A DNA stretch of 64,000 nucleotides from Squalus acanthias (Eukaryota). The notes below the pieces were generated by a model, which was not told the DNA's origin, made no database searches, and was given only the letters and a program-made list of their open reading frames with translations. Both the position numbers and the translations under genes were made by a program. Within the stretch, counting starts at the first letter, position 1; each line of letters begins with the position of its first letter. Shown piece by piece: positions 1 to 13,500 of the stretch. The DNA is taken from the NCBI GenBank assembly GCA_030390025.1, contig JASTWF010000035.1, positions 1,178,001 to 1,242,000 of the forward strand, read 5' to 3'.

Positions 1-570
1 CAGCCTAGAGGAGATGTCCTTACCCTGGCACCGGGCAGGCAACACAGCCTTCGGGACTCACGCTCTCGGCTGCAGAGAACAGTATACCCCTCACTATACT
101 GTCCCCAATCACTACAACATTTCTTTTTGCTCCCCCCACTTGTACGGCTCGCTGTACCACGGTGCTGTGGTCAGTTTGCTCATCCTTCCTGCAGTCCCTG
201 GCCTCGTCCACACAGGGAGCAAGAATCTCGTACTTGTTGGACAAGGCCAAGGGCTGAGGCTCCTCCACTACTACCTCCTGGATCCCAATACCTGCCTCGC
301 TTGTAGTCACACCCTCCTGTCCCTGACCATGGGCCAAATTGGAAGTAATTATTCTAGTGGGTGTGACTGCCTCCTGGAACATAGTGTCCAGGTAACGCTC
401 CCCCTCCCTAATGTGTCGCAGTGTCTGAAGCTCGGACTCCAGCTCATCAACTCTGAGCCGAAGTTCCTCGAGCAGCCAACATTTGCTGCAGATGTGGTCG
501 CCCTGGACCTCAATGGTGTCCACCAGCTTCCACATGCAACAACAACAACACATTGCCTGGTCTCCCATCT
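1..570 (-). mobile_element. CR1 LINE ORF1 5' part (zinc finger, coiled coil, start of esterase), cut by the window edge
   Basis: ORF 20-568 (CCCCMW...HICSKC...LRLRVDELE...VVIGDSIVRG) is homologous to ORF1 at 26708-27664. Confidence 0.85.
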
Positions 571-1179
571 CAATTAATTAATTAATTAGTTTCAAAATTT
601 GGAACACTTATATCTATTATATATTTAAAACGTAAGCTGCCATTAATTTGTGCTGTGACACCCACTCCCTCACTGCCGGTGGATTCCAGAGCTGGGGCAA
701 TGTACCACAGAACTAATCGCGACACACACAGCATGTCCTTCTCTTCTGTTGTTCTGCGTTAGGTGCCATTCGAATTTAGTTGAATCTAGTCTTCCATCCA
801 TCTGTACCCATCAGTTTCAGGTAAATCCAATCACCTGAGTTCCTAACTCCTCTCCCTTCTCCAGTACTACAGACCATTTAACATTCGCATTGCTCTGATT
901 GGAGTCGAGGTGTGGACCACCGACCAAATCACAGTGGACAGAAGTGCTCAGGTAACCCTGATTCGATTCCTCCAGTGGAGGCAGAGTAATCTTCTACCGC
1001 GATTGTACAACGACAACGCTCATCTCATCATGTGAGTACCTGACACCCAACTTTCTCAAATCAAACTAACCCTAGGCAGGAGACAGTGAATGTGTAAATG
1101 AAAACATCTCTCCCATCGCAAATCGGGCAACCGCCTCGCCACACGCAATTCTCCTTCCCCCTGGCCTCCCTCATCTGCT

Positions 1180-1630
1180 GAGGACTGCTGTTGCTGCTGT
1201 TCCTCAGCATCTTCCAAATGCAGGTCTCTCTGTAATACGAGGTTATGCAGGATCGGGCAGACCCCGATGTGGAGAGTCTCTCTGGGGCATATTGTAAGGA
1301 GCTCCCCGACCGGTCAAGACACCTGAATCCCTGCTTCAGCGTCCCTATGGTGTGCTCAGTAATGATCCTGGGGGTCTCCTGGCTTCAATTCTAGCTGTGT
1401 TGCTCGGGCGTCCTGAGGTTGCAGAGGGGGGGTCATTAGCATATCTGTAGGGGGTATCCCTTGTCCCCCAGCAGCCATCCTGCCACGTTCCTCACTTGGT
1501 CGACTATTGGGGGGATAGTAGACTGGCTCAGGATAAAAGCATGGTGGCAGTTCCCTGGGTACCTTGCACAGACCTGCATAATGTTGTTCCTGTGATCAGC
1601 CACGAGCTGGACATTGATGGAGTGTTGACA
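1180..1630 (-). pseudogene. Decayed Harbinger transposase C-terminal fragment
   Basis: HSINVQLVADH...ARYPGNCH.AFIL...[10 protein letters not shown] in ORF 1436-1921. A Harbinger-like end (ggaatccagccc) lies near 2326. Confidence 0.7.
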
Positions 1631-1639
1631 GGCATCGTG

Positions 1640-2250
1640 GCCTCTTCCATGTTGGTGGTGTTTTGGTGGTGAATGCTCTGGTGGGGTCAGACTCAGGGAG
1701 ATGCATGAGGTGTGCGTACCAGAGGAGTTGGTAATGATCAGCCAGCCGGGCAGCGGTGATTGATCAGTCAAGTTGCCTAAAGTCTCATTTGAGGTTTTGT
1801 CCTGAAGCTTAACCTTTAGTAGTGTGCGAAGTGATCTAGAATCGAATCCATCGATTCGCTTGTTCATTACTTTGAGATTGCAACTTATGTCTGATCTCCA
1901 TATATGGGATAGAGAGTTCATTGCGGAGCTCGCAAGCGCATTGTGGCTATGGCAGTCAGGGGAACAGTCCCATTGAAGGGAATCATACCGCCTATGGAAG
2001 TGAATTGTGTCACTGATTCCACTGTCTGCAGAGGATCGGCATCTGTAATGAAGGCAGCTGGAATGATATCGCGTCCTAGCGATTGCACCTTGGTCTTGTT
2101 CCAGATAATGTGAAGACCAGGGCTAGATGCCTCTAGATGCCTCTTGCCAAAGATTCGGTGAGAGTGCCCACAGTTTCAGCCAAGGGTATGATGTCATCAG
2201 CACAGTCCAGATCTGTGATGAACCCTGACCCAGAACACCGGGTGGGGATT
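1640..2250 (-). mobile_element. Degenerate non-LTR RT fragment (RTE-like)
   Basis: ITDLDCADDI (YADD-like) and RIDGFDSRSLRTLLKVKLQDKTSNE, resembling the RTE C-terminal W.D..SNE motif. Confidence 0.5.
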
Positions 2251-2330
2251 GTTATGTGCCGGAGGGGCAAGTGGACATCTGTGATCACACCAGATTTTGG
2301 GCGGGATGGGGAATGGAATCCAGCCCGATA

Positions 2331-5300
2331 CATAGAATCATAGAATCATAGAAAGTTACAGCACGGAAGGAGGCCATTTCGGCCCATCGTGTCCGCGCCG
2401 GCCAACAAAGAGCTATCCAGCCTAATCCCACTTCCCAGCTCTTGGTCCGTAGCCCTGCAGGTTAGAGCATCCCAAGTGCACATCCAAGTACTTTTTAAAT
2501 GTGGTTAGGGTTTCTGCCTCTACAACCCTTTCAGGCAGTGAGTTCCAGACCCCCACCTTCTGGGTGAAGAAATTTCCCCTCAAATCCCCTCTAAACCTTC
2601 CACCAATTACTTTAAATCTGTGCCTCCTGGTTTTTGACCCCTCTGCTAAGGGAAATAGGTCCTTTCTATCCACTTTATCTATGCCCCTCATAATTTTATA
2701 CACCTCAATAAGGTCTCCCCTCAGCCTCCTCTGTTCCAAGGAAAACAGACCCAGCCTATCCAGTCTTTTCTCATAGCTAAGATTCTCTACTCCCGGCAAC
2801 ATCCTTGTAAATCTCCTCTGTACCCTCTCTAGTGCAATCACATCTTTCCTGTAATGTGGTGACCAGAACTGCACGCACTACTCTAGCTGAGGCCTAACTA
2901 GTGTTTTATACAGTTGAAGCATAACCCCCCTGCTCTTGTATTCTATGCCACGGCTAATAAAGGCAAGCATTCTGTATGCCTTCTTAACCACCTTATCTAC
3001 CTGGCCTGCTACCTTCAGGGATCTGTGGACATGCACTCCAAGGTCCCTTTGTTCCTCTACACTACTCAGTGTCCTACCATTTAATGTGTATTCCCTTTCC
3101 TTGTTAGCCCTCCCCAAATGCATTACCTCACACTTCTCCGGATTGAATTCCATTTGCCACTGTTCTGCCCACCTGACCAATTTATTGATATCTTCCTGCA
3201 GTCTACAGCTTCCTTCTTCAGTATCAACCACACAGCCGATTTTAGTATCATCTGCAAACTTCTTAATCGTACCCCCTATATTCAAGTCTAGATCGTTGAT
3301 ATATACCACAAAAATCAAGGGACCTAGTACTGAGCCCTGCGGAACCCCACTGGAAACAACCTTCCAGACACAAAAACACCCATCAACCATTACCCTCTGC
3401 TTCCTGTCGCCGAGCCAGTTTTGAATCCAACTTGACACTTTGCCCTGGATCCCATGGGCTTTTAACTTCGTGACCAGTCTGCCATGTGGAACCTTATCAA
3501 AAGCCTTGCTAAAGTCCATATATACTACATCAAATGCACAACCCTCATCTACCCTCCTTATTACCTCCTCAAAAAATTCAATTAAGTTTGTCAGACACGA
3601 CCTTCCCTTAACAAATCCGTGCTGACTATCCTTGATTAATCCGTGTCTTTCTAAATCAAGGTTTATCCTGTACTTCAGAATTCTTTCCAATAATTTTCCC
3701 ACCACCGAGGTTAGGCTGACTGGCCTGTAATTACTCGGTCTATCCTTTTCTCCCTTTTTAAACAAGGGTACCAAATTAGCAGTCCTCCAGTCCTCCGGCA
3801 CCACACCTGAAGCCAGAGATGATTGAAAAATGATGGTCAGGGTCTCTGCTATTTCCTCTTTTGCTTCACTTAACAGCCTGGGATACATTTCATCCAGGCC
3901 TGGGGCTTTATCCACTTTTAAAGCTGCTAAACCCCTTAATACTTCCTCTCTCACTATGTTTATTTCATCTAATATTTCACACTCCTCCCTGATAGCAACG
4001 TCTGCTTCGCCCCTCTCCTTTGTGAAAACAGACGCAAAGTATTCATTAAGAACCCTACCAACGTCTCCCGCCTCCACACACAGATTACCCTCATGATCTC
4101 GAATAGGCCCTACCCTTTCTTTAGTTATCCTCTTACTCTTAATATATTTACAAAACATCTTTGGGTTTTCCTTGATTTTACTTGCCAAGAATTTTTCATG
4201 CTCTCTCTTTGCTTTCCTAATATCCTTTTTAATTGCACCCCTGCACTTTCTGTACTCCTCTAAAGATTCTGGAGTATTTAGCCCTCGGTATCTGTCATAC
4301 GCCTCCCTTTTTTTCTTTATCCTACCCTGTATGTCTCTAGACATCCAGGGGGCTCTAGATTTGTTAGTCCCACCTTTTTTCTTTAAGGGCACATATTTGG
4401 TCTGAACCCTCCGGATCTCCTCCTTGAATGCCTCCCACTGCTCTGACACTGATTTACCTTCAAGTAGCTGTTTCCAGTCCACTATGGCTAAATCCCCTCT
4501 GAGCTCAGCAAAATTTGCTTTACCCCAATTTAGAATTTTTATTCCTGGTCTATCCTTGTCCTTTTCCATAACTACCTTAAATCTACCTGAATTATGGTCA
4601 CTAGCACCAAAATGCTCCCCCACTGATACGCCTTCTACCTGCCCAGCTTCATTCCCTATAACTAAGTCCAGAACCGCCCCCTCCCTTGTTGGGGTTGCTA
4701 CATACTGGCTAAAAAAGTTCTCCTGGATGCATTTTAGGAATTCCGTACACTCTGTACCCTTCACACTAATTTTATCCCAGTTAATATTGGGGTAGTTGAA
4801 ATCCCCTACTATTACTGCCCTATAGTTTTTGCACTTCTCAGATATTTGTCTACATATTTGTTCTTCTATCTCCCTCTCACTGTTTGGGGGTCTGTAGTAC
4901 ACTCCCAGCAGTGTGATTGCCCCTTTCTTGTTTTTCAATTCGACCCATATGGCCTCGTTTGATGATCCCTCCAATATATCATCCCTCCTCACAGCTGTAA
5001 TAGTTTCTTTAATCAATACCACGACCCCCCCTCCCTTTTTACCTCCCTCTCTATCCCGTCTGAAAATCCTGTAACCAGGAATGTTGAGCTGCCATACCTG
5101 CCCCTCTTTCAGCCACGTCTCTGTAATAGCTATAATATCATAGTCCCGAGTATCTACCTGTGCCCTAAGCTCATCTGCCTTGTTCGCTATACTCCTTGCA
5201 TTGAAGTATATACCATTTAGTACAGGCAAACCTCCTTGTTGACTACTATCTAGCCCTTGATTCCTCTGTCCTTCCAATTTACTTTCTACGTTTTTGTTTT

Positions 5301-5425
5301 CCAATTCTAGTTTTTCTTCCCTCCCTATTGACTCTATACTTAGGTTCCCATCCCCCTGCCAAGCTAGTTTAAACCCTCCCCAACAGAACTAGCAAACCCT
5401 CCCGCGAGGATATTGGTCCCGTTCC
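2331..5425 (-). mobile_element. CR1 LINE, near-complete ORF2 (APE endonuclease + RT) with one premature stop
   Basis: ORFs 2878-5304 and 2422-2874 are in frame, separated by a stop (QLE*CVQFW). Motifs ITETWL, YRPP, GDFN, SDH, QHGF, PQGSVLGP and FADD are present, with a (GATTCTAT)n tail at ~2331-2350. Confidence 0.95.
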
Positions 5426-5559
5426 CGTAGCTCGATAAGGTCCACTCTTATTCACCCCCTTTCGAGACTCAAGAGTCTAAGTTCTTCTCATCTTTTCTCA
5501 CAAATCAATCCCTGGGTCGAGGGCTCAGCCCCACAGCCCTGCTTGGTGCCAATATTTGT

Positions 5560-5860
5560 TTTATTCCTTCCTGGGATGTGGGTGTCACTGGCAAGGCCAG
5601 AATTTATTGTCCTTCCATAATTGCCCTTGAGAAGGTGGTGGTGAGCCGCCTTCTTGAACCGCTGCAGTCGATTTTGACCCGGCGGCGATGAAGGAATGGT
5701 GATATATTTCCAAGTCAGGATGGTGTGTGACCTGGAGGGGAACTTGGAGGTGATGGTGTTCCCCTGCGCCTGCTGCCCTTGTCTTCTTGGTGGTAAAGGT
5801 CGCGGGTTTGGGAGGTGCTGTAGAAAAAGCTTTGTTGCTGCGGTGCATCTTGTAGATGAT
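5560..5860 (-). mobile_element. 3' fragment of an older LINE family (endonuclease-region fragment also at ~8785-9300)
   Basis: QRFKKAAHHHLLKGN-type 3' end here. An endonuclease remnant VREPTRGK.LLDLVLTN...GRSDH lies at 8850-9035. Confidence 0.55.
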
Positions 5861-7388
5861 AGATCTATTCTCATACTCTCGCTTTGCCCCTCTTATTTTC
5901 TTTTTCACTTCCCCTCTGAACTTTCTGTATTCAGCATGGTTCTCACTTGTATTCTCAACCTGACATCTGTCATACGCGCTCTTTTTCTGCTTCATCTTAC
6001 TCTCTATCTCTTTCATCATCCAGGGCGCTTTGACTTTAGTTGTCCTACCTTTCCCCCTAGTGGGAATGTACCTCGACTGTACCCGAACCATCTTCTCTTT
6101 AAATGCAGTCCATTGTTCGATTACAGTTTTGCCTGCCAATCTTTGATTCCAATTTACCCGGGCCAGATCCGTTCTCAACCCACTGAATTTTGCCTTCCTC
6201 CAATTAAGTATGTTTACTCTCGATTGCTCCTTGTCCTTTTCCATAGCTAATCTGAACCTTATGACACTGTGATCATTGTTCCCTAAATGTTGCCCTACTG
6301 ACACTTGCTCCACTTGACCCACCTCATTCCCCAGAACCAGATCCAGCAATGCCTCCTTCCTGATTGGGTAGGAAACATACTGATCAAAAAAGTTCTCCTG
6401 GACGCACTTCAGAAATTCTTCCCCCTCTCTACCCTTTACACTATTACTATCCCAGTCTATATTAGGATAATTGAAGTACCCCATTATCACTTCTCTATAG
6501 TTCTTGCACCTCTCTGTAATTTTCCTGCAAATTTGCTCCTCTGTATCTTTCCCACTAGTTGGTGACCTATAGAATACACCTAGTAGTGTAATGACACCTC
6601 TATTATTTCTTAACTCGAACCAAATAGATTCTGTCCTTGACCCCTCCAGGACATCCTCTCTCTCCAGCTTTTGGACAAGTCACTTGGACAAGTGTGGATT
6701 AATTGAGCAAAGCCAGCACGGATTTGTTAAAGGCAAATCGTGTTTAACTAACTTGATCGAGTTTTTTGATGAGGTAACAGAGCGGGTTGATGAGGGCAAT
6801 ATAGTTGACGTGGTGTACATGGACTTCCAAAAGGCATTTGATAAAGTGCCACATAATAGGCTTGCCAGCAAATTTGAAGCCCATGGAATAAAAGGGACAG
6901 TGGCAGCATGGATACGGAATTGGCAAAGTGACAGGAAACAGAGAGCAGTGGTAAACAGTTGTTTTTCGGACTGGAGGAAGGTATATAGAGATGTTCCCAG
7001 GGGTCGTTACTAGGACCACTGCTTTTCTTGATATATATTAATGACTTGAACTTTGGAGTACAGGGCACTATTTAAAAATTTGCAGATGACACAAAACTTG
7101 GAAGTATAGTGAACAGTGAGGAGGATAGTCATATACTTCAAGAAGACATAGACAGGTAGGTGAAATGGGCAGACACGTGGCAGATGAAATTTAACGCCGA
7201 AAAGTGCGAAGTGATACATTTTGGTAGGAAGAACAAAGAGAGGCAATATAAACTAAAGGGTACAATTCTAAAAGGGCTGCATGAACAGAGAGACCTGGGG
7301 GCATATGTGCACAAATCGTTGAAGGTGGCAGGGCAGGTTGAGAAAGCAGTTAAAAAAGCATATGGGATCCTGGGCTTCATAAATAGAG

Positions 7389-7470
7389 TAGTAAGGAGTA
7401 GTAACTCCGAAAGCTTGTGATTTCAAATAAAACTGTTGGACTATAACCTGGTGTTGTGCGACCTCTCAAT
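7389..7470 (+). mobile_element. 82-bp insert (Penelope-like 3' end) with 13-bp TSD
   Basis: TSD ttcataaatagag at 7376-7388 and 7471-7483. The insert contains a ggagt-agta-actcc-gaaa stem and aataaa. Confidence 0.65.
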
Positions 7471-7951
7471 TTCATAAATAGAGGCATAGAGTACAAAAGC
7501 AAGGAAGTTATGATGAACCTGTATAAAACACTGGTTCGGCCTCAACTGGAGTATTGTGTCCAATTCTGGGCATCACACTTTAGGAAGGATGTGAAGGCCT
7601 TAGAGAGGGTGCAGAAAAGATTTACCAGACTGATTCCAAGGATGAGGAACTTCAGTTACGTGGATAGACTGGAGAAGCTGAGTTTGTTCTCCTTAGAGCA
7701 GAAAACGTTGAGAGGAGATTTGATAGAGGTATTCAAAATCATGAGGGGTCTAGACAGAGTAGATGGAGAGAAACTGTTCCCATTGGCGGAAGGGTCGAGA
7801 ACCAGAGGACACAGATTTAAGGTGATTGGCAAAAGAACCAAAAGCGACATGAGGAAAACTTTTTTACTCAGCGAGTGGTTAGGATCTGGAATGCACTGCC
7901 TGAAAGGGTGGTGGAGGCAGACTCAATCGTGGCATTCAAAAGGGAATTGGA

Positions 7952-8641
7952 TACATAGATACATAGATACATAGAACAGTACAGCACAGTACAGGCCCTT
8001 CGGCGTTGTGCCGAGCATTGTCCGAGACCAAGATCAAGCTATCACACTCCCTATCACTCTGGTGTGCTCCATGTGCTTATCCAATAACCGCTTGAAAGTT
8101 CCTAAAATGTCCGACTCCACTATCACAGCAGGCAGTCCATTCCACACCCCAACCACTCTCTGAGTAAAGAATCTACCTCGGACATCCCTTCTATATCTCC
8201 CCCCATGCACCTTATAGTTATGCCCCCTTGTAACAGCTGCCTCTACCCGAGGAAATAGTCTCTGAACATCCACTCTATCTATCCCCCTCATCATCTTATA
8301 AACCTCTATTAAGTCGCCTCTCATCCTCCTCCGCTCTAAAGAGAAAAGCCCCAACTCCCTCAATCTTTCCTCATAAGACCTCCCCCCCAAACCAGGCAGC
8401 ATCCTGGTAAATCTCCTTTGCACTCTTTCCAATGCTTCCACGTCCTTCCTATAGTGAGGTGACCAGAACTGCACACAATATTCCAAATGTGGTCTCACCA
8501 AGGTCCTGTACAGTTGCAGCATAACCTCACGGTTCTTAAACTCAAACCCTCTGTTAATAAACGCCAACACACCATAGGCCTTCTTTACTGCTCTATCCAC
8601 TTGAGTGGCAACCTTCAGAGATCTGTGGATATGAACCCCCA
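7952..8641 (-). mobile_element. 5'-truncated CR1 nested in another CR1
   Basis: ORF 8034-8600 is the RT C-terminus (LYRTLVRPHLEYCVQFWSP). (TATCTATG)n tail at ~7952-7973. Confidence 0.9.
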
Positions 8642-9480
8642 GATAAGTACCTGAAGGAAAAAAATTTGCAGGGGAAAGGGCGGGGGAGTGAAACTAGCTG
8701 ATGTGCTCTAGCAGAGAGCCGGCACGGGCTCGATGGGCCGAATGGCTTCCTTCTGTGCTGTAACCATTCTAAGATTCTGTGATGATGGCCCACAGCGCCT
8801 CATGGATGCCCAGTTTTCAGCTGCTAGATCTGTTCTGAATCTATCCAATTTACCACGGTGATGGTGCCACAACCCGATGAAGGATGTCCTCAGTGTGAAG
8901 ACGGGACCTTGTCTCTACAAGGAGTTTACGGTGGTCACTCCTACCAATACTGTCATGGACAGATGCATCTGCGACAGGTAGATTGGTGAGGACGAGGTCA
9001 AGTAGCTTTTTCCCTCGTGTTGGTTCTCTCACCACCTGTTGCAGACCCAGACTGGCAGTAATGTCCTTCAGGACTTGGCCAGCTCAGTCAGTAGTGGTGC
9101 TACCGAGCCACTCTTGGTGATGGACATTGAAGTCCCCCACCCAGAGTACATTCTGTGCCCTTGTTACCCTCAGTGCTTCTTCCAAGTGGTGTTCAACCTG
9201 GAGGAGTACTGATTCATCAGCTGAGTGAGAGCATTAGGTGGTAATCAGCAGGAGGTTTCCTTCCCCTTGTTTGACCTGATGGATGAGACTTCATGAGGTC
9301 TGGAGTGAATTCCATGGTGCCTCAGAGGTGGGTCTCAGAGCTCACAGATTATTGCAGAGAAGTGGAGGTGATTCAGCGTCCTTTATAAGAATAGTCTGTT
9401 TATTCCCACCATGGGAGATTGTCAGTTGCCCTTTGATTCTAACACATTCTTCTCCCTTAATGTTGATTTCTCTTTTGCAG

Positions 9481-9565
9481 CGGTCGCGATTTTACAGGTA
9501 GCACTGCAGGTTTGGCAACATATGGCTCCATCTGTTCAGCGGAACAATCTGGAGGAGTAAACACG
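9481..9565 (+). CDS. ADAM metalloprotease exon (reprolysin domain, before the zinc motif)
   Basis: Polypyrimidine acceptor (tcttttgcag) ends at 9480 and a gtgag donor starts at 9566. The 85 nt read xGRDFTGSTAGLATYGSICSAEQSGGVNT, matching the ADAM G-x-T-x-GLA...C...SGGVN segment. It ends in phase 0, matching the next exon. Confidence 0.88.
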
Positions 9566-9659
9566 GTGAGCACCCGTTCTTCCTTCTATTTCCCCACTCC
9601 TCGTGGGCTGTGGCCAACTGCCCTTGTTCAGGTGGAGTTACCAGAGCCTCAGACTGCTG

Positions 9660-10596
9660 ATAGAACATAAGAAATAGGAGCAGGAGTCGGCCATTTGGCC
9701 GTTCGAGCCTGCTCCGCCATTCAACAAGATCATGGCTGATCTTCTAACTCAACTCCACCTTCCCGCACTATCCCCATATCCCTTGGCTCCCTTAGTATCC
9801 AAAAATCTATCGATCTCTGTCTTGAATGTACTCAACGACTGAGCATCCATAGCCCTCTGGGGTAGAGAATTCAAAAGATTCACAACCCTTTGAGTGAAGA
9901 AATTCCTCCTCATCTCAGTCCTAAATGGCCGACCTCTTATTCTGAGACTGTGACCTCTAGTTCTAGACTTCCCAGCCAGGGGAAACAACCCTTTTATACG
10001 TTTCAATGAGATCACCTCTCATTCTTCTAAACTTTAGGGAATATAGGCCTTGTCTACTCAATCTCTCCTCATAGGGCAATCCCCTCATCCCAGGAATTAG
10101 TCTAGTGAACCTTCTTTGCACTCCCTCTAAGGCAAGTATATCGTTCCTTAGGTACGGAGACCAAAACTGCGCACAGTACTCCAGGTGTGATCTCACCAAA
10201 GCCCTATATAATTGGAGTAAGACTTCTTTATCTTATACTCCAATCCTTTGGTAATAAAGGCAAACATAACATTTGCTTTCCTAATTGCTTGCTGTACCTG
10301 CATGTTAACTTACTGTGATTCCTTAGAGAGAAATTGACACATTTATTAGAGTGTGTTTGACAACATTTATTAGAGTTTTTTGAGGATGTAACTAGCAGGG
10401 TAGATAAAGGGAAACCAGTGGATGTAGTATATTTGGATTTCCAAAAGGCACTCGATAAGGTGCCACAAAAAAGGTTATTACACAAGATTAGGGCTCATGG
10501 GGTTGGAGGTGAGTGCGCCATGATCAGCCATGCTCTCATTGAATGGCGGAACAGGCTCAAGGGGCTGAATGGCCTACTCCTGTTTCTATGTTCCTA
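9660..10596. mobile_element. CR1 fragments (- strand 9660-10320; + strand 10350-10596)
   Basis: ORFs 9749-10199(-) and 10418-10630(+) carry CR1 RT motifs and 3' hairpin tails. Confidence 0.8.
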
Positions 10597-10598
10597 TA

Positions 10599-13500
10599 TA
10601 GAGATTGAGTGCATGAGAGAGAGAGACTGAGTGCGAGAGAGAAAGAGAGAGCGTGCAAGAGAGAGAGAGAGAGGGCGAGCGAGAGAGACTGAGTGCGAGA
10701 GAGAGAGAGAGACAGAGTGTGAGAGAGAGAGAGACTTAGTGCGAGAGAGAGAGAGAGAGTGCGAGAGAGAGAGAGACTGAGTGCGAGAGAGAGAGAGAGA
10801 CTGATTGTGAAAGAGAGAGAGAGTGCGAGCGAGAAAGAGAGACTGGGTGCGAGAGAGAGAGACTGAGTGCGAGAGAGAGAGAGAGACTGATTGCGAGAGA
10901 GAGACAGAGTGTGAGAGAGAGAGACTGAGTGCGAAAGAGAGAGAGACAGTGTGAGAGAGAGAGACTGAGTGCGAGAGAGAGTGAGTGCGAGAGAGAGAGA
11001 GACAGAGTGTGAGAGAGAGAGACTGAGTGCGCAAGAGAGAGACTAAGTGTGCGAGAGAGACTGAGTGCGAGAGAGGGAGAGAGAGAGACTGAGTGCGAGA
11101 GAGAGAGTAAGAGTGAGTGCTAGAGAGAGAGAGAGACTGAATGCGAGAGAGAGAGAGAGAGTGCGAGAGATAGAGAGGGTGAGTGTGAGAGAGAGAGAGT
11201 AAGAGAGAGTGCGAGAGAGAGAGTGAGTGCGAGAGAGGGAAAGAGAGAGATTGCGAGAGAGTGAGAGAGAGAGACTGAGTGCGAGAGAGAGAGGGTGACT
11301 GAGTGCGAGAGAGAGAGAGAGTGAGTGTGAGAGAGAGAGAGTGAGTGACAGAGAGGGAAAGGTAGAGATTGCGAGAGAGTGAGAGAGAGAGAGTGAGTGC
11401 GAGAGAGAGAGAGAGTGAGTGTGAGAGAGAGAGAGAGAGAGAGACTGAGTGCGAGAGAGAGAGAGTGTGAGAGAGAGAGAGACTGATTGCGAGAGAGAGA
11501 GACTTATTGTGAGAGAGAGAGACTGAGTGCGAGAGAGAGAGAGAGACTGAGTGCGAGAGAGAGACAGAGAAAGACAGATGGGAGAGCGAGTCCGAGAGAG
11601 AAAATGACTGAGCGCGCGAGAGAGAGAGACTGAGTGAGAGAGAGGGAAAGAGAGAGAGTGCGAGAGAGAGAGAGTGCGAGAGATAGAGACTGAGTGCGAG
11701 AGAGTGAGAGAGTGAGCGCGCGAGAGAGAGACTGACTGCGAGAGAGAGAGTGTGAGGGAGAGAGCCTGAGCGGGCGAGTGAGAGAGAGAGAGACTGAGTG
11801 CGAGAGAGAGAGAGAGAGAGAGTGCGAGAGAGAGAGAGACTGAGCGCGCGAGAGAGACGGAGTGCGAGAGAGAGAGAGACTGAGTATGAGAGAGAGAAAG
11901 AGTGAGTGCGAGAGAGAGAGAGAGTGAGTGCGAGAGAGAGAGTGAGAGCGAGTGCGAGAGAGAGAGACTGAGTGCGAGAGAGAGAGAGAGACTGAGCGGG
12001 CGAGTGAGAGAGAGAGAGACTGAGTGCGAGAGAGAGAGAGAGAGAGAGTGCGAGAGAGAGAGAGACTGAGCGCGCGAGAAAGACGGAGTGCGAGAGAGAG
12101 AGAGACTGAGTATGAGAGAGAGAAAGAGTGAGTGCGAGAGAGAGAGAGAGTGAGTGCGAGAGAGAGAGTGAGAGCGAGTGCGAGAGAGAGAGACTGAGTG
12201 CGAGAGAGTGAGTGCGAGAGAGAGAGTGAGTGTGAGAGAGAGAGAGACTGATTGCGAGAGAGAGAGACTTATTGTGAGAGAGAGAGACTGAGTGCGAGAT
12301 AGAGAGAGAGACTGAGTGCGAGAGAGAGAGAGAGAGTGAGTGCGAGAGAGAGTGAGTGCGAGAGAGAGAGAGTGAGTGCGAGAGAGAGTGAGTGCAAGAG
12401 AGAGAGAGTGAGTGCGAGAGAGAGTGAGTGCGAGAGAGAGAGAGAGAGTGAGCGCGAGAGAGAGTGAGTGCGAGAGAGAGTGAGTGCGAAAGAGAGTGAG
12501 CGAGAGAGAGAGAGTGAGTGCAAGAGAGAGTGAGTGCGAGAGAGAGAGAGTGAGTGCGAAAGAGAGTGAGTGCGAGAGAGAGAGTGAGTGCGAGAGAGAG
12601 TGAGTGCGAGAGAGAGAGAGAGAGAGAGAGTGAGTGCGAGAGAGAGAGAGTGTGTGCGAGAGAGAGTGAGTGCGAGAGAGAGAGAGTGCGAGAGAGAGAG
12701 TGAGTGCAAGAGAGAGTGAGTGCGAGAGAGAGTGTGTGCGAGAGAGAGTGAGTGCGAGAGAGAGAGAGTGCGAGAGAGAGAGAGATTGTGTGCGAGAGAG
12801 ATTGAGTGCGAGAGAGAGAGAGTGAGTGCGAGAGAGAGAGAGAGTGTGTGCGAGAGAGAGAGAGAGTGAGTGTGAGAGAGAGAGAGAGACTGAGTGCGAG
12901 AGAGAGAGAGACTGAGTGCGAGAGAGAGAGACTGAGTGCGAGAGAGTAAGAGTGAGTGCGAGAGAGAGAGAGAGAGACTGAGTGCGAGAGAGAGAGAGTG
13001 AGTGTGAGAGAGAGTGAGTGCGAGAGAGAGTGAGTGCGAGAGAGAGAGAGATTGTGTGCGAGAGAGATTGAGTGCGAGAGAGAGAGAGAGAGTGAGTGCG
13101 AGAGAGAGAGGGAGTGTGTGCGAGAGAGAGAGAGACTGAGTGCGAGAGAGAGAGACTGAGTGCGAGAGAGAGAGAGAGACTGAGTGCGAGAGAGAGAGAC
13201 TGAGTCGAGAGAGAGAGACTGAGTGCGAGAGAGAGAGACTGAGTGCGAGAGAGTAAGAGTGAGTGCGAGAGAGAGAGAGACTGAGTGCGAGAGAGAGAGA
13301 GAGTGAGTGTGAGAGAGAGAGAGACTGATTGCGAGAGAGAGAGACTGAGTGCGAGAGAGAGAGACTGTTTGCGAGAGAGAGAGACTTATTGCGAGAGAGA
13401 GAGAGTGAGTGCCAGAGAGAGAGAGTGAGTGCCAGAGAGAGAGTGAGAGCGAGAGAGAGTGAGTGCGAGAGAGAGAGTGAGTGGGAGAGAGAGAGTGAGT

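Larger units (their letters stand above)
5865..8780. mobile_element. CR1 with inverted 5' part (EN on -, 5865-6668; RT/3' end on +, 6669-8780), carrying nested inserts
   Basis: ORF 5585-6490(-) is EN and ORFs 6591-7974(+) are RT. The 3' end resumes at ~8642 after a nested CR1. Confidence 0.75.

Noticed and set aside
2501..4795. Short + strand ORFs antisense to CR1 ORF2 (similar ones occur throughout)
   Set aside because: They are shadow ORFs of the RT coding strand with no independent support.
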